DNA of 32,000 nucleotides from Candidatus Paracaedibacteraceae bacterium (GTDB lineage Bacteria; Pseudomonadota; Alphaproteobacteria; Paracaedibacterales; Paracaedibacteraceae): NCBI GenBank assembly GCA_019636055.1, contig JAHBYH010000001.1, positions 446,944 to 478,943 of the forward strand, read 5' to 3'. Shown piece by piece: positions 15,848 to 22,613 of this stretch (position 1 is its first letter; each line of letters starts with the position of its first letter). The notes under the pieces were generated by a model. It saw only the letters and a program-made list of their open reading frames with translations, ran no database searches and was not told where the DNA came from. The position numbers and the translations under genes were made by a program.

Positions 15848-16534
15848 TTATTCAGCAACATCAAATTTGACAGCTGGACCCATGGTAGAGCTTAGGCTCA
15901 TGGACTTAACATAAGTCCCTTTAACGCCTGTTGGCTTTGCCTTAATCACAGCATCAACATATGATTTTACGTTTTCTAAAATAGCCTTTTCAGTAAAGCT
16001 CGCTTTACCTACACCAGCATGAACGATACCGGCCTTTTCTGTACGGTACTCAACTTGACCACCTTTTACAGATTTAACAGCTTCGGCAACATCCATTGTA
16101 ACTGTTCCAAGCTTTGGGTTTGGCATCAAACCACGTGGACCCAAAATCTTACCAACGCGACCGACAAGCCCCATCATATCAGGAGTTGCGATGCAGCGAT
16201 CAAATGGCATATCTCCAGCTTGGATTTTTTCCATCAAATCTTCTGCTCCAACGATGTCAGCACCAGCTTTCAAAGCTTCTTCGGCCTTCGGTCCCTTTGC
16301 AAATACTGCAACGCGGTATGTTTTACCGGTTCCGTTTGGCAATTGAACAACACCGCGAAGGTTTTGGTCAGCTTTGCGTGGATCAACGTTCAAGTTAATT
16401 GCAACTTCGATAGTCTCATCAAACTTTGCTGTTGCCCGTTCCTTAATTGTCTTTACCGCTTCTTCGAGAGAGTAAACTTTGGTTTTATCCAAGTTTTGAA
16501 CGGCATTTTTTAGTCTTTTACCTACTTTTGCCAT
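15848..16534 (-). CDS. rplA: 50S ribosomal protein L1
   Basis: 228-aa [12 protein letters not shown]...[24 protein letters not shown]...LPNGTGK. Confidence 0.97.
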   Translation of the reverse strand: MAKVGKRLKNAVQNLDKTKVYSLEEAVKTIKERATAKFDETIEVAINLNVDPRKADQNLRGVVQLPNGTGKTYRVAVFAKGPKAEEALKAGADIVGAEDLMEKIQAGDMPFDRCIATPDMMGLVGRVGKILGPRGLMPNPKLGTVTMDVAEAVKSVKGGQVEYRTEKAGIVHAGVGKASFTEKAILENVKSYVDAVIKAKPTGVKGTYVKSMSLSSTMGPAVKFDVAE

Positions 16535-16538
16535 GTTC

Positions 16539-16967
16539 TTACTCCACTACTTCTAAGCCCATTGATCTTGCAGAACCTGCAATCATCAATGCTGCGGCAT
16601 CAATATCATTCGCATTTAAGTCTTTCATTTTTACTTCTGCGATTTCACGGACCTGAGCCATTGTTACTTTTCCAACTGTTCCACGACCCGGGGTTTGTGA
16701 GCCCTTTGGAAGCTTAGCAGCTTTCTTAAGCAAGTAAGACGCAGGAGGTGTCTTCATCGCAAAAGAGAATGTCTTGTCAGCATAAACTGTGATGATGACC
16801 GGAATCGGCATACCAGGTTCCATGCTTTGGCTTTCTGCGTTGAATGCCTTACAAAATTCCATAATGTTTAGACCACGTTGACCCAAAGCCGGACCAATGG
16901 GTGGAGATGGGTTTGCTTTACCCGCGGGTACTTGCAACTTAATGTACCCTGTAATTTTCTTTGCCAT
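16539..16967 (-). CDS. rplK: 50S ribosomal protein L11
   Basis: 142-aa [47 protein letters not shown]. Confidence 0.97.
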   Translation of the reverse strand: MAKKITGYIKLQVPAGKANPSPPIGPALGQRGLNIMEFCKAFNAESQSMEPGMPIPVIITVYADKTFSFAMKTPPASYLLKKAAKLPKGSQTPGRGTVGKVTMAQVREIAEVKMKDLNANDIDAAALMIAGSARSMGLEVVE

Positions 16968-17039
16968 AACTAACCTCAGTTATATTCTTGTTTATCCTGA
17001 GTCTGTGGTGCGATAGAGGCTCTATCTCCCACACACTAC

Positions 17040-17059
17040 AAAACCCGCACGGGGCGGGT
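17040..17059 (-). terminator. Weak hairpin/attenuator just after the nusG stop
   Basis: On the minus strand, ACCCGC-CCCGU-GCGGGU (6-bp GC-rich stem) is followed by UUUG. The short U-tract suggests only partial termination before rplK. Confidence 0.35.
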
Positions 17060-17067
17060 AAATCCAA

Positions 17068-17598
17068 CTATTGCTTTTCGACCTGGTTAAATTCCAGTTC
17101 GACGGGGGTTGGACGCCCAAAAATCATGACAGACACCTTGAGGCGGGCCTTTTCGTTATCCACTTCCTCAACCACCCCACTAAAGGATGAAAAGGGTCCA
17201 TCGCAAACCTTAATTTGCTCACCAATCTCAAAATCAACAGCATGACGTGGACGCTCTGCTGAATCTTGAACCTGCTTCATAATACGATTAACTTCAGCTT
17301 CGGAAATCGGCATCGGTTTCCCCTTTGCCCCAAGAAATCCTGATACTTTTGGTGTATTGCGCACAAGATGCCAAGATTCATCATTCAAATCAATCTTAGC
17401 TAACACATATCCTGGAAAATAATTTTTTTCGACAGAAACCTTTGCTCCACGACGAATTTCAACAACTTCTTCAGACGGCACAAGAATATCACCAAAATAG
17501 TCTTGCAAGCCTTTCTTCTCTGCTTGCTCACGCAATGTTTGAGCAACCTTCTTTTCAAAGCCAGAATAAACGTTTACAACATACCAACGAAGAGCCAT
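17068..17598 (-). CDS. nusG: Transcription termination/antitermination factor NusG
   Basis: 176-aa ORF: MALRWYVVNVYSGFEKKV... (NGN domain) and a C-terminal KOW, GEQIKVCDGPFSSFSGVVEEV. Follows secE. Confidence 0.96.
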   Translation of the reverse strand: MALRWYVVNVYSGFEKKVAQTLREQAEKKGLQDYFGDILVPSEEVVEIRRGAKVSVEKNYFPGYVLAKIDLNDESWHLVRNTPKVSGFLGAKGKPMPISEAEVNRIMKQVQDSAERPRHAVDFEIGEQIKVCDGPFSSFSGVVEEVDNEKARLKVSVMIFGRPTPVELEFNQVEKQ

Positions 17599-17643
17599 TA
17601 TCTATCCTCTAGACACTGCATTACGCAATCATCAAAAAAACCG

Positions 17644-17865
17644 TTATCCGGTGATACCGATCAAAAAATTAACAACGCGATAAGCGATTGAGTCAATAAC
17701 AGCAAAATAAATCGCAGCAATCACCGCAAAAATAAAGACAAACAATGTTGTCAGTTTTGTTTCATTCCAGGATGGCCAAGTTACACGTTTTGCTTCTTGC
17801 TTAACTTCTGGAAAAAACTCTCTAGTTTGTTGAACAAAACTTTTATCTGTACTCATGTCTGACAC
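17644..17865 (-). CDS. secE: Preprotein translocase subunit SecE
   Basis: Small ORF with a single C-terminal TM helix (LTTLFVFIFAVIAAIYFAVI) and KRVTWPSWNET, in the conserved tRNA-Trp/secE/nusG position. The ORF-track start at 17865 is a GTG. An ATG at 17856 (MSTDK...) is an alternative start. Confidence 0.88.
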   Translation of the reverse strand: MSDMSTDKSFVQQTREFFPEVKQEAKRVTWPSWNETKLTTLFVFIFAVIAAIYFAVIDSIAYRVVNFLIGITG

Positions 17866-17897
17866 TCAAACCTTGTATCGCAATAACATAAAAAAAA

Positions 17898-17974
17898 TGG
17901 CAGGAGTGGAGGGTCTCGAACCCCCAACCTTCGGTTTTGGAGACCGACGCTCTAGCCAATTGAGCTACACTCCT
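17898..17974 (-). tRNA. tRNA-Trp (anticodon CCA)
   Basis: Hand-folded cloverleaf: AGGAGUG-UA-GCUC-AAUUGGCUA-GAGC-G-UCGGU-CU CCA AA-ACCGA-AGGUU-GGGGG-UUCGAGA-CCCUC-CACUCCU-G-CCA. It is 77 nt with an encoded CCA. Confidence 0.93.
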
Positions 17975-18005
17975 GCACGTCTATAGACAATCTATATTCT
18001 TAGAA

Positions 18006-18034
18006 TATATAGCGCATATTTCACGCCCTGTCCA
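18006..18034 (-). promoter_or_regulatory. Putative promoter for tRNA-Trp-secE-nusG
   Basis: On the minus strand, TGGACA (18029-18034) is followed by a 17-nt spacer and TATATA (18006-18011), about 30 nt upstream of tRNA-Trp and just after the tuf terminator. Confidence 0.35.
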
Positions 18035-18037
18035 CAG

Positions 18038-18071
18038 AAAAAAAAGCGGCAACGGACGAATCCGCCACCGC
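18038..18071 (-). terminator. Rho-independent terminator downstream of tuf copy 2
   Basis: Minus-strand RNA reads GCGGUGGCGGA-UUCG-UCCGUUGCCGC followed by UUUUUUUU. The stem is 11 bp with a UUCG tetraloop. Three stem pairs are G.U wobbles that would be A/C mismatches on the opposite strand, so the terminator is strand-specific. Confidence 0.85.
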
Positions 18072-18082
18072 ACGATCACAAA

Positions 18083-19275
18083 AATTATTTTACGATCTTA
18101 GAAACAACACCGGCACCAACTGTGCGGCCACCTTCACGAATCGCGAAACGTAGACCTTCGTCCATCGCGATCGGGGCAATGAGCTCAACGTCCATGCGAA
18201 TGTTGTCACCAGGCATAACCATTTCAACGCCTGCTGGCAATTGAACTGTTCCAGTTACGTCGGTTGTACGGAAATAGAATTGTGGGCGATAGTTCGTAAA
18301 GAACGGAGTATGGCGACCACCTTCTTCTTTTGTCAAGATGTATGCTTCGGCTTCGAAGTTTGTGTGTGGTGTAATTGTACCAGGCGCTGCCAAAACTTGA
18401 CCGCGTTCAACATCTTCACGCTTTGTACCACGCAATAGAACACCAACGTTATCACCAGCTTCACCTTGATCCAATAGCTTACGGAACATTTCAACACCTG
18501 TACAGGTTGTCTTAACTGTGTCCTTCAGACCAACGATTTCGATTTCCTCACCAACCTTAACAACACCGCGTTCTACACGACCTGTCACAACGGTACCACG
18601 ACCGGAAATTGAGAATACGTCTTCGATTGGCATCAAGAACGGACGATCTTTTGGACGTTCAGGTTGCGGAATGTAACGATCGACTTCTGCCATCAATTTA
18701 AGAATCGCATCGCGACCGATTTCTGGTTGCTTGTCTTCCAAGGCGCATAGAGCTGAACCACGAACAACAGGAATGTCATCACCCGGAAAATCATAAGAAG
18801 AGAGCAATTCACGAACTTCAAGCTCAACAAGATCAAGAAGCTCAGCATCATCAACCATGTCAACTTTGTTCATAAAGACAACAAGAGCAGGAACACCAAC
18901 CTGACGTGCCAAAAGGATGTGTTCACGTGTTTGTGGCATCGGGCCATCAGCAGAAGAAACAACCAAGATTGCTCCGTCCATCTGTGCCGCACCGGTGATC
19001 ATGTTCTTAACATAGTCAGCGTGTCCTGGGCAGTCAACGTGGGCATAGTGGCGGTTTGTTGTTTCGTATTCAACGTGCGCGGTAGAAATTGTAATACCGC
19101 GAGCGCGCTCTTCAGGAGCCTTGTCGATTTGATCGTACGCTGTGAATGTTGCTCCGCCTGTTTCTGCGAGAACTTTTGTGATTGCCGCTGTCAATGAGGT
19201 TTTACCATGATCAACGTGACCAATGGTTCCGATATTGCAGTGCGGCTTATTTCTTTCGAACTTTGCCTTTGTCAT
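18083..19275 (-). repeat. About 1.19 kb direct repeat, member 2 (tuf paralog pair)
   Basis: See 1621-2813. Even the spurious antisense ORFs (65 aa and 92 aa) are identical in both copies, which implies near-complete nucleotide identity. Confidence 0.85.
18085..19275 (-). CDS. tuf: Elongation factor Tu, copy 2 (tRNA-linked copy)
   Basis: 396-aa ORF, 100% identical in protein to 1623-2813. It has the classic tRNA-Tyr/tRNA-Gly/tuf/tRNA-Trp/secE context. Confidence 0.98.
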   Translation of the reverse strand: MTKAKFERNKPHCNIGTIGHVDHGKTSLTAAITKVLAETGGATFTAYDQIDKAPEERARGITISTAHVEYETTNRHYAHVDCPGHADYVKNMITGAAQMDGAILVVSSADGPMPQTREHILLARQVGVPALVVFMNKVDMVDDAELLDLVELEVRELLSSYDFPGDDIPVVRGSALCALEDKQPEIGRDAILKLMAEVDRYIPQPERPKDRPFLMPIEDVFSISGRGTVVTGRVERGVVKVGEEIEIVGLKDTVKTTCTGVEMFRKLLDQGEAGDNVGVLLRGTKREDVERGQVLAAPGTITPHTNFEAEAYILTKEEGGRHTPFFTNYRPQFYFRTTDVTGTVQLPAGVEMVMPGDNIRMDVELIAPIAMDEGLRFAIREGGRTVGAGVVSKIVK

Positions 19276-19315
19276 AACTTATACACCCTGTGATGAACTT
19301 GCTCATTAAAAAAAT

Positions 19316-19389
19316 TGGAGCGGGTGAAGGGAATCGAACCCTCATAACCAGCTTGGAAGGCTGGGGCTTTACCACTAAGCTACACCCGC
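19316..19389 (-). tRNA. tRNA-Gly (anticodon UCC)
   Basis: Reverse complement reads GCGGGUGUAGCUUAGUGGUAAAGCCCCAGCCUUCCAAGCUGGUUAUGAGGGUUCGAUUCCCUUCACCCGCUCCA. Anticodon loop is CU-UCC-AA. It is 74 nt with an encoded CCA. Confidence 0.93.
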
Positions 19390-19436
19390 ATAACTAGTTG
19401 AACTTTACCACTACTGATTTATGAAATCAACCAGGA

Positions 19437-19521
19437 TGGTGGAGGGAGTAGGATTCGAACCTACGTAGACATACGTCGGCAGATTTACAGTCTGCTGCCT
19501 TTGACCGCTCGGCCATCCCTC
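19437..19521 (-). tRNA. tRNA-Tyr (anticodon GUA), long variable arm
   Basis: Reverse complement reads GGAGGGAUGGCCGAGCGGUCAAAGGCAGCAGACUGUAAAUCUGCCGACGUAUGUCUACGUAGGUUCGAAUCCUACUCCCUCCACCA. It is 85 nt with anticodon loop CU-GUA-AA. Confidence 0.93.
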
Positions 19522-19536
19522 CCGGTTCATACTTTC

Positions 19537-19568
19537 AATTATGTACTGGATTTACCCCTGTGATGTCA
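19537..19568 (-). promoter_or_regulatory. Putative promoter for tRNA-Tyr-tRNA-Gly-tuf
   Basis: A perfect TTGACA lies on the minus strand at 19563-19568. The -10 is ambiguous: TACATA at an 18-nt spacing or CATAAT at 20 nt. tRNA-Tyr begins about 15 nt further downstream. Confidence 0.4.
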
Positions 19569-19596
19569 ACACAGTTTTTTGAATTTAACGATTTTT

Positions 19597-20538
19597 TTAA
19601 TCTACCAATTTTGTAACCGGTACGACTCTGTAGAAAAATTCATCCGCCCCTAATACGAGTGGCTCAATCGTACGAATAAGTTCACGCGTTTTATCCAAGT
19701 CATTATCCCCGGCATCAACACAAGGATGGGTACACAACGCTTTTTGATAGGCCCGTATCTGCTGGATCTCAGCATTAAGTTCTGAGTTTAAGCCAAATTC
19801 CGACTCCAAATCATCAGCCTGACAATCCAACAATTCCTGGTTAAACACGTACAAGACATGATATTGACCTTCTTGATCTTTCAACAAATAAGATCCAATT
19901 GAATCAAGAAGGTAGTATTCATTGATATCATATTCATCCAGAACTCGCTCTAGAAAATCAGCAAATTCTGGATACTTCAATGCTTGACCATACAAACTAT
20001 GCCCAATAACGTGCATAAATACAGAAGATTCTCGCTCAAAGTATTGATGAGCCCCAAGTTCGAGTACTTCCTCTATACGATCATAAATCTCTGGGTCATG
20101 TTTTTTGACATAACTATTAATTTCGCCACGATTAAAGGCCTTAACAGCCAAACTTTCATCCGCAATCCCCGTCAGGAGTATTTTGTGCAAATTTGGTGAG
20201 CGAATTTTGCGCAACAACGTCAAACCATCCATATCAGGCATATCATAATCTGTAATGACAATAGAAACCCGTTCGTGTCGATTCTCATTGGAAATCTCAC
20301 GATAAATTTCGTGCAAATTTGCTGAAAGAGCAGTCTCTTCGTCCTGAACCATCCATGGCTCAAACAAAGGTTGGTCCTGATTATTATTAATCCACTCCAA
20401 AGCATCCGTTGCAGCAGAAAAAGTCTGAACGCGGTACCCAAGGTCAGCGATTTGTTTACTCAAGACATCCAAAATCACCTGATCATCATCAACCAGAATG
20501 ATTTGAGTTTTATATTTCATTGGGATTACTTTGGTCAT
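19597..20538 (-). CDS. Response regulator: N-terminal receiver domain with a large insertion, plus an uncharacterised (non-HTH) C-terminal domain; LqsR-like architecture
   Basis: 313 aa. Receiver signatures are IILVDDD (acidic pocket), VITDYDMPDMDG (phospho-acceptor Asp about residue 97), LLTG and VKKH. An insertion of about 45 aa (NNNQDQPLFEPWMVQDEETALSANLHEIYREISNENRHE) separates the first part of the receiver from the phospho-acceptor strand. The C-terminal 170 aa or so show no DNA-binding or enzymatic motif I recognise. The SD GAGGAA lies 6 nt upstream of the ATG. Confidence 0.8.
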   Translation of the reverse strand: MTKVIPMKYKTQIILVDDDQVILDVLSKQIADLGYRVQTFSAATDALEWINNNQDQPLFEPWMVQDEETALSANLHEIYREISNENRHERVSIVITDYDMPDMDGLTLLRKIRSPNLHKILLTGIADESLAVKAFNRGEINSYVKKHDPEIYDRIEEVLELGAHQYFERESSVFMHVIGHSLYGQALKYPEFADFLERVLDEYDINEYYLLDSIGSYLLKDQEGQYHVLYVFNQELLDCQADDLESEFGLNSELNAEIQQIRAYQKALCTHPCVDAGDNDLDKTRELIRTIEPLVLGADEFFYRVVPVTKLVD

Positions 20539-20548
20539 CAGCGTTTCC

Positions 20549-21796
20549 TCACGACTTAACTATTGGAAAGTAAAGCATAAATTCAGTATATTCATTCATA
20601 ACAGACTTACAGGTAATTTTTCCACCCAAATCTAACATAACGCGACGACAAAAAGCTAAGCCTAACCCCGTTCCATACTTTCGCTTACTATAAAAACGAT
20701 TAAATAAGTAAGGTAATTCTTCAGACGGAACCCCTTTGGCCGTATCTTTAAAATGAATAATATTATACTTTTTAGTCTGGGTTACCCACACATAAATTTC
20801 ACCTTTACGAGCAGCTTTTATAAAATAAAGCGCGTTCTTAATAAGATTGTAAAAGACATGCCTTATCAAATCAGGATCCCCATAAAACTCAAAATCCGAA
20901 AAGTCAGCAATATTTATTTTATCGGATTCTTGAGCAGACAACGGATACGTCTCAAAAGATTGACGAAGAATAGTTTGTATTAACAAAAGAGAGCCTTCAC
21001 CCGGGGGTGTCACTTTCAAATTTGCCAACAACATATCAATAACAACCAAGGCATTATTGGTCGTTGCCATCAACCGATTCGGGCAATCGTTCACAGCATT
21101 TATATCTTCCTTAGTTAATTCAGGTTGCTGCAGCTTACTGCGCAACCACCCTGCCTCAAGGTTGATAACAGCTAAGGGCGTACGCATTTCATGAGCCACT
21201 GTTGCAGCTAAACCCCGCAAAGACGTGAGCTTTTCGTGCACAATTATACCCTTTTTATAAGAAAACAAACTCCCAATGACAACAGTCGCGAGCAACGTCA
21301 TAAAAAAATCAAATAAAGTTATTTCCCCTAATTCAACAACAAATGACGGATATAGAAGGAAATAAATCAGATAGGCAAAAACACTCCCACTGATCAGAAC
21401 AGCCAATGCAACGCCAGCATCAAAAAGTAAAAACACAAAAAATACGGCTGATATGAGATTCATCAACCACACAGCCGAAGCATGGTTAACCAGTGTCATA
21501 AAAGAAAAAAAGAACGGTAAACAGTATATGACTGTACCTAACCAATAAATCGATAGCACCTTGGTCTCAGGCCGAAAAAAGAACTTTGAAAATACAAGAC
21601 CCAAACATAAAACTGTTGCCAATAATCGCATAGCAATATCAAGTTCAGCACCCTGATAACTCAAAGTAGGATTCCAAGCAACCCAGTAAAGGGGATAGTT
21701 CACAGCCATAACAATCCCGAAGAACCGCATCATAGGCTGCGAAATATCCACACTAAATAGTTTCTCTTTTAGGCGTATAAGCCAAAATTTATCCAT
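20549..21796 (-). CDS. Membrane sensor histidine kinase, 6 TM helices, no periplasmic domain (CqsS/LqsS-like)
   Basis: 415 aa. Six hydrophobic helices lie within residues about 25-180. Kinase motifs are the H-box LAATVAHEMRTPLAV, N-box VFYNLIKNALYFI, G1 FKDTAKGV, F-box LFNRFYS and G2 GTGLGLAFCRRVM. As I recall them, CLPFFFSFMTLVN, AHEMRTPL and GLGLAFCRRVM resemble Vibrio CqsS. This needs confirmation by alignment. Confidence 0.85.
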   Translation of the reverse strand: MDKFWLIRLKEKLFSVDISQPMMRFFGIVMAVNYPLYWVAWNPTLSYQGAELDIAMRLLATVLCLGLVFSKFFFRPETKVLSIYWLGTVIYCLPFFFSFMTLVNHASAVWLMNLISAVFFVFLLFDAGVALAVLISGSVFAYLIYFLLYPSFVVELGEITLFDFFMTLLATVVIGSLFSYKKGIIVHEKLTSLRGLAATVAHEMRTPLAVINLEAGWLRSKLQQPELTKEDINAVNDCPNRLMATTNNALVVIDMLLANLKVTPPGEGSLLLIQTILRQSFETYPLSAQESDKINIADFSDFEFYGDPDLIRHVFYNLIKNALYFIKAARKGEIYVWVTQTKKYNIIHFKDTAKGVPSEELPYLFNRFYSKRKYGTGLGLAFCRRVMLDLGGKITCKSVMNEYTEFMLYFPIVKS

Positions 21797-22484
21797 TTGC
21801 TCTTTCTATCAACGCTGAGAGAGATCTCCACATCTTTAGTTGATGATAGGTGATAAAGTTAAAGGATTCCCTAACAAGATCGGAATTCTTTTCCCAAATC
21901 TCATTCAAATACCCTTCTGTTGTCTCAAAATGTTGCGCTTTTAAATGAACATTAAAAAAGATCAATCCTTTGCGTGATGTTCCAAATGACTCAGCTAAAA
22001 CAGCCAAAGAACCATAGTCAACATTATCCAATCGTTCATAGGCAGAAAATGCCGCAAAACCATGTTCTGCAGAATGGCTGGCCAACCAACGCAAATGACC
22101 CTTGTTAAAGTCTTGAATCTCTGGCACGTAGGTTTTGCCCTCGACATATTCATCGGTCAAATCAACATCATGGCTTTTAGCAAACTCAATATACATTTGT
22201 TCATGAGAAGCAGCACCTCCGTTAAACTCCTCAGCAATATTATCAATAACGATCCTTTTGACTTCGCGGTTTTCGGCATGATTTCCCAAATACCACAAAA
22301 ACTCATGAAAGTGTCCACGCGCATGATAAAAAATTCGAACAAATTTTTCAATCTGGGCTTTCGTCCATTTTGATGTAATTTCAGGATTAAAAATTGCGAT
22401 CTTTTTTATTTCATCCCCATAAGCTGCTTCCCATTCAGCCATAAAGTCCACAACACCCCCGTATTGCATTTGCCTTGCTAACAT
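21789..22484 (-). CDS. Heme-oxygenase-like putative diiron oxidase (CADD / PqqC / TenA superfamily, 'iron-containing redox enzyme')
   Basis: 231 aa and apparently all-helical. Candidate carboxylate/His metal ligands lie on successive helices: NIAEEFNGGAASHEQMY, SAYERLDN and NVHLKAQHFETTE. The SD AGAGGG is 5 nt upstream of the ATG. The stop overlaps the kinase start (ATGGATAA). Family assignment is from motif recognition only. Confidence 0.55.
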   Translation of the reverse strand: MLARQMQYGGVVDFMAEWEAAYGDEIKKIAIFNPEITSKWTKAQIEKFVRIFYHARGHFHEFLWYLGNHAENREVKRIVIDNIAEEFNGGAASHEQMYIEFAKSHDVDLTDEYVEGKTYVPEIQDFNKGHLRWLASHSAEHGFAAFSAYERLDNVDYGSLAVLAESFGTSRKGLIFFNVHLKAQHFETTEGYLNEIWEKNSDLVRESFNFITYHQLKMWRSLSALIERANG

Positions 22485-22613
22485 TATATCCCTCTTTATG
22501 TTATAAGTTATTATTTCGCTGTTAATATAAACACTCTAACTGTAATTTTAAATCTTTATCTTATGCGTTATTTCATGTAAGACTGACAGAAAACCTTTTC
22601 CACATTAAAATCA

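Noticed and set aside
19316-19596. tRNA-Tyr/tRNA-Gly as an integration site (attB) for a genomic island
   Set aside because: The accessory genes lie on the 5' side of the tRNAs. No integrase, excisionase or duplicated tRNA 3' fragment is visible in the window. The case is kept only as a compositional boundary in the findings.
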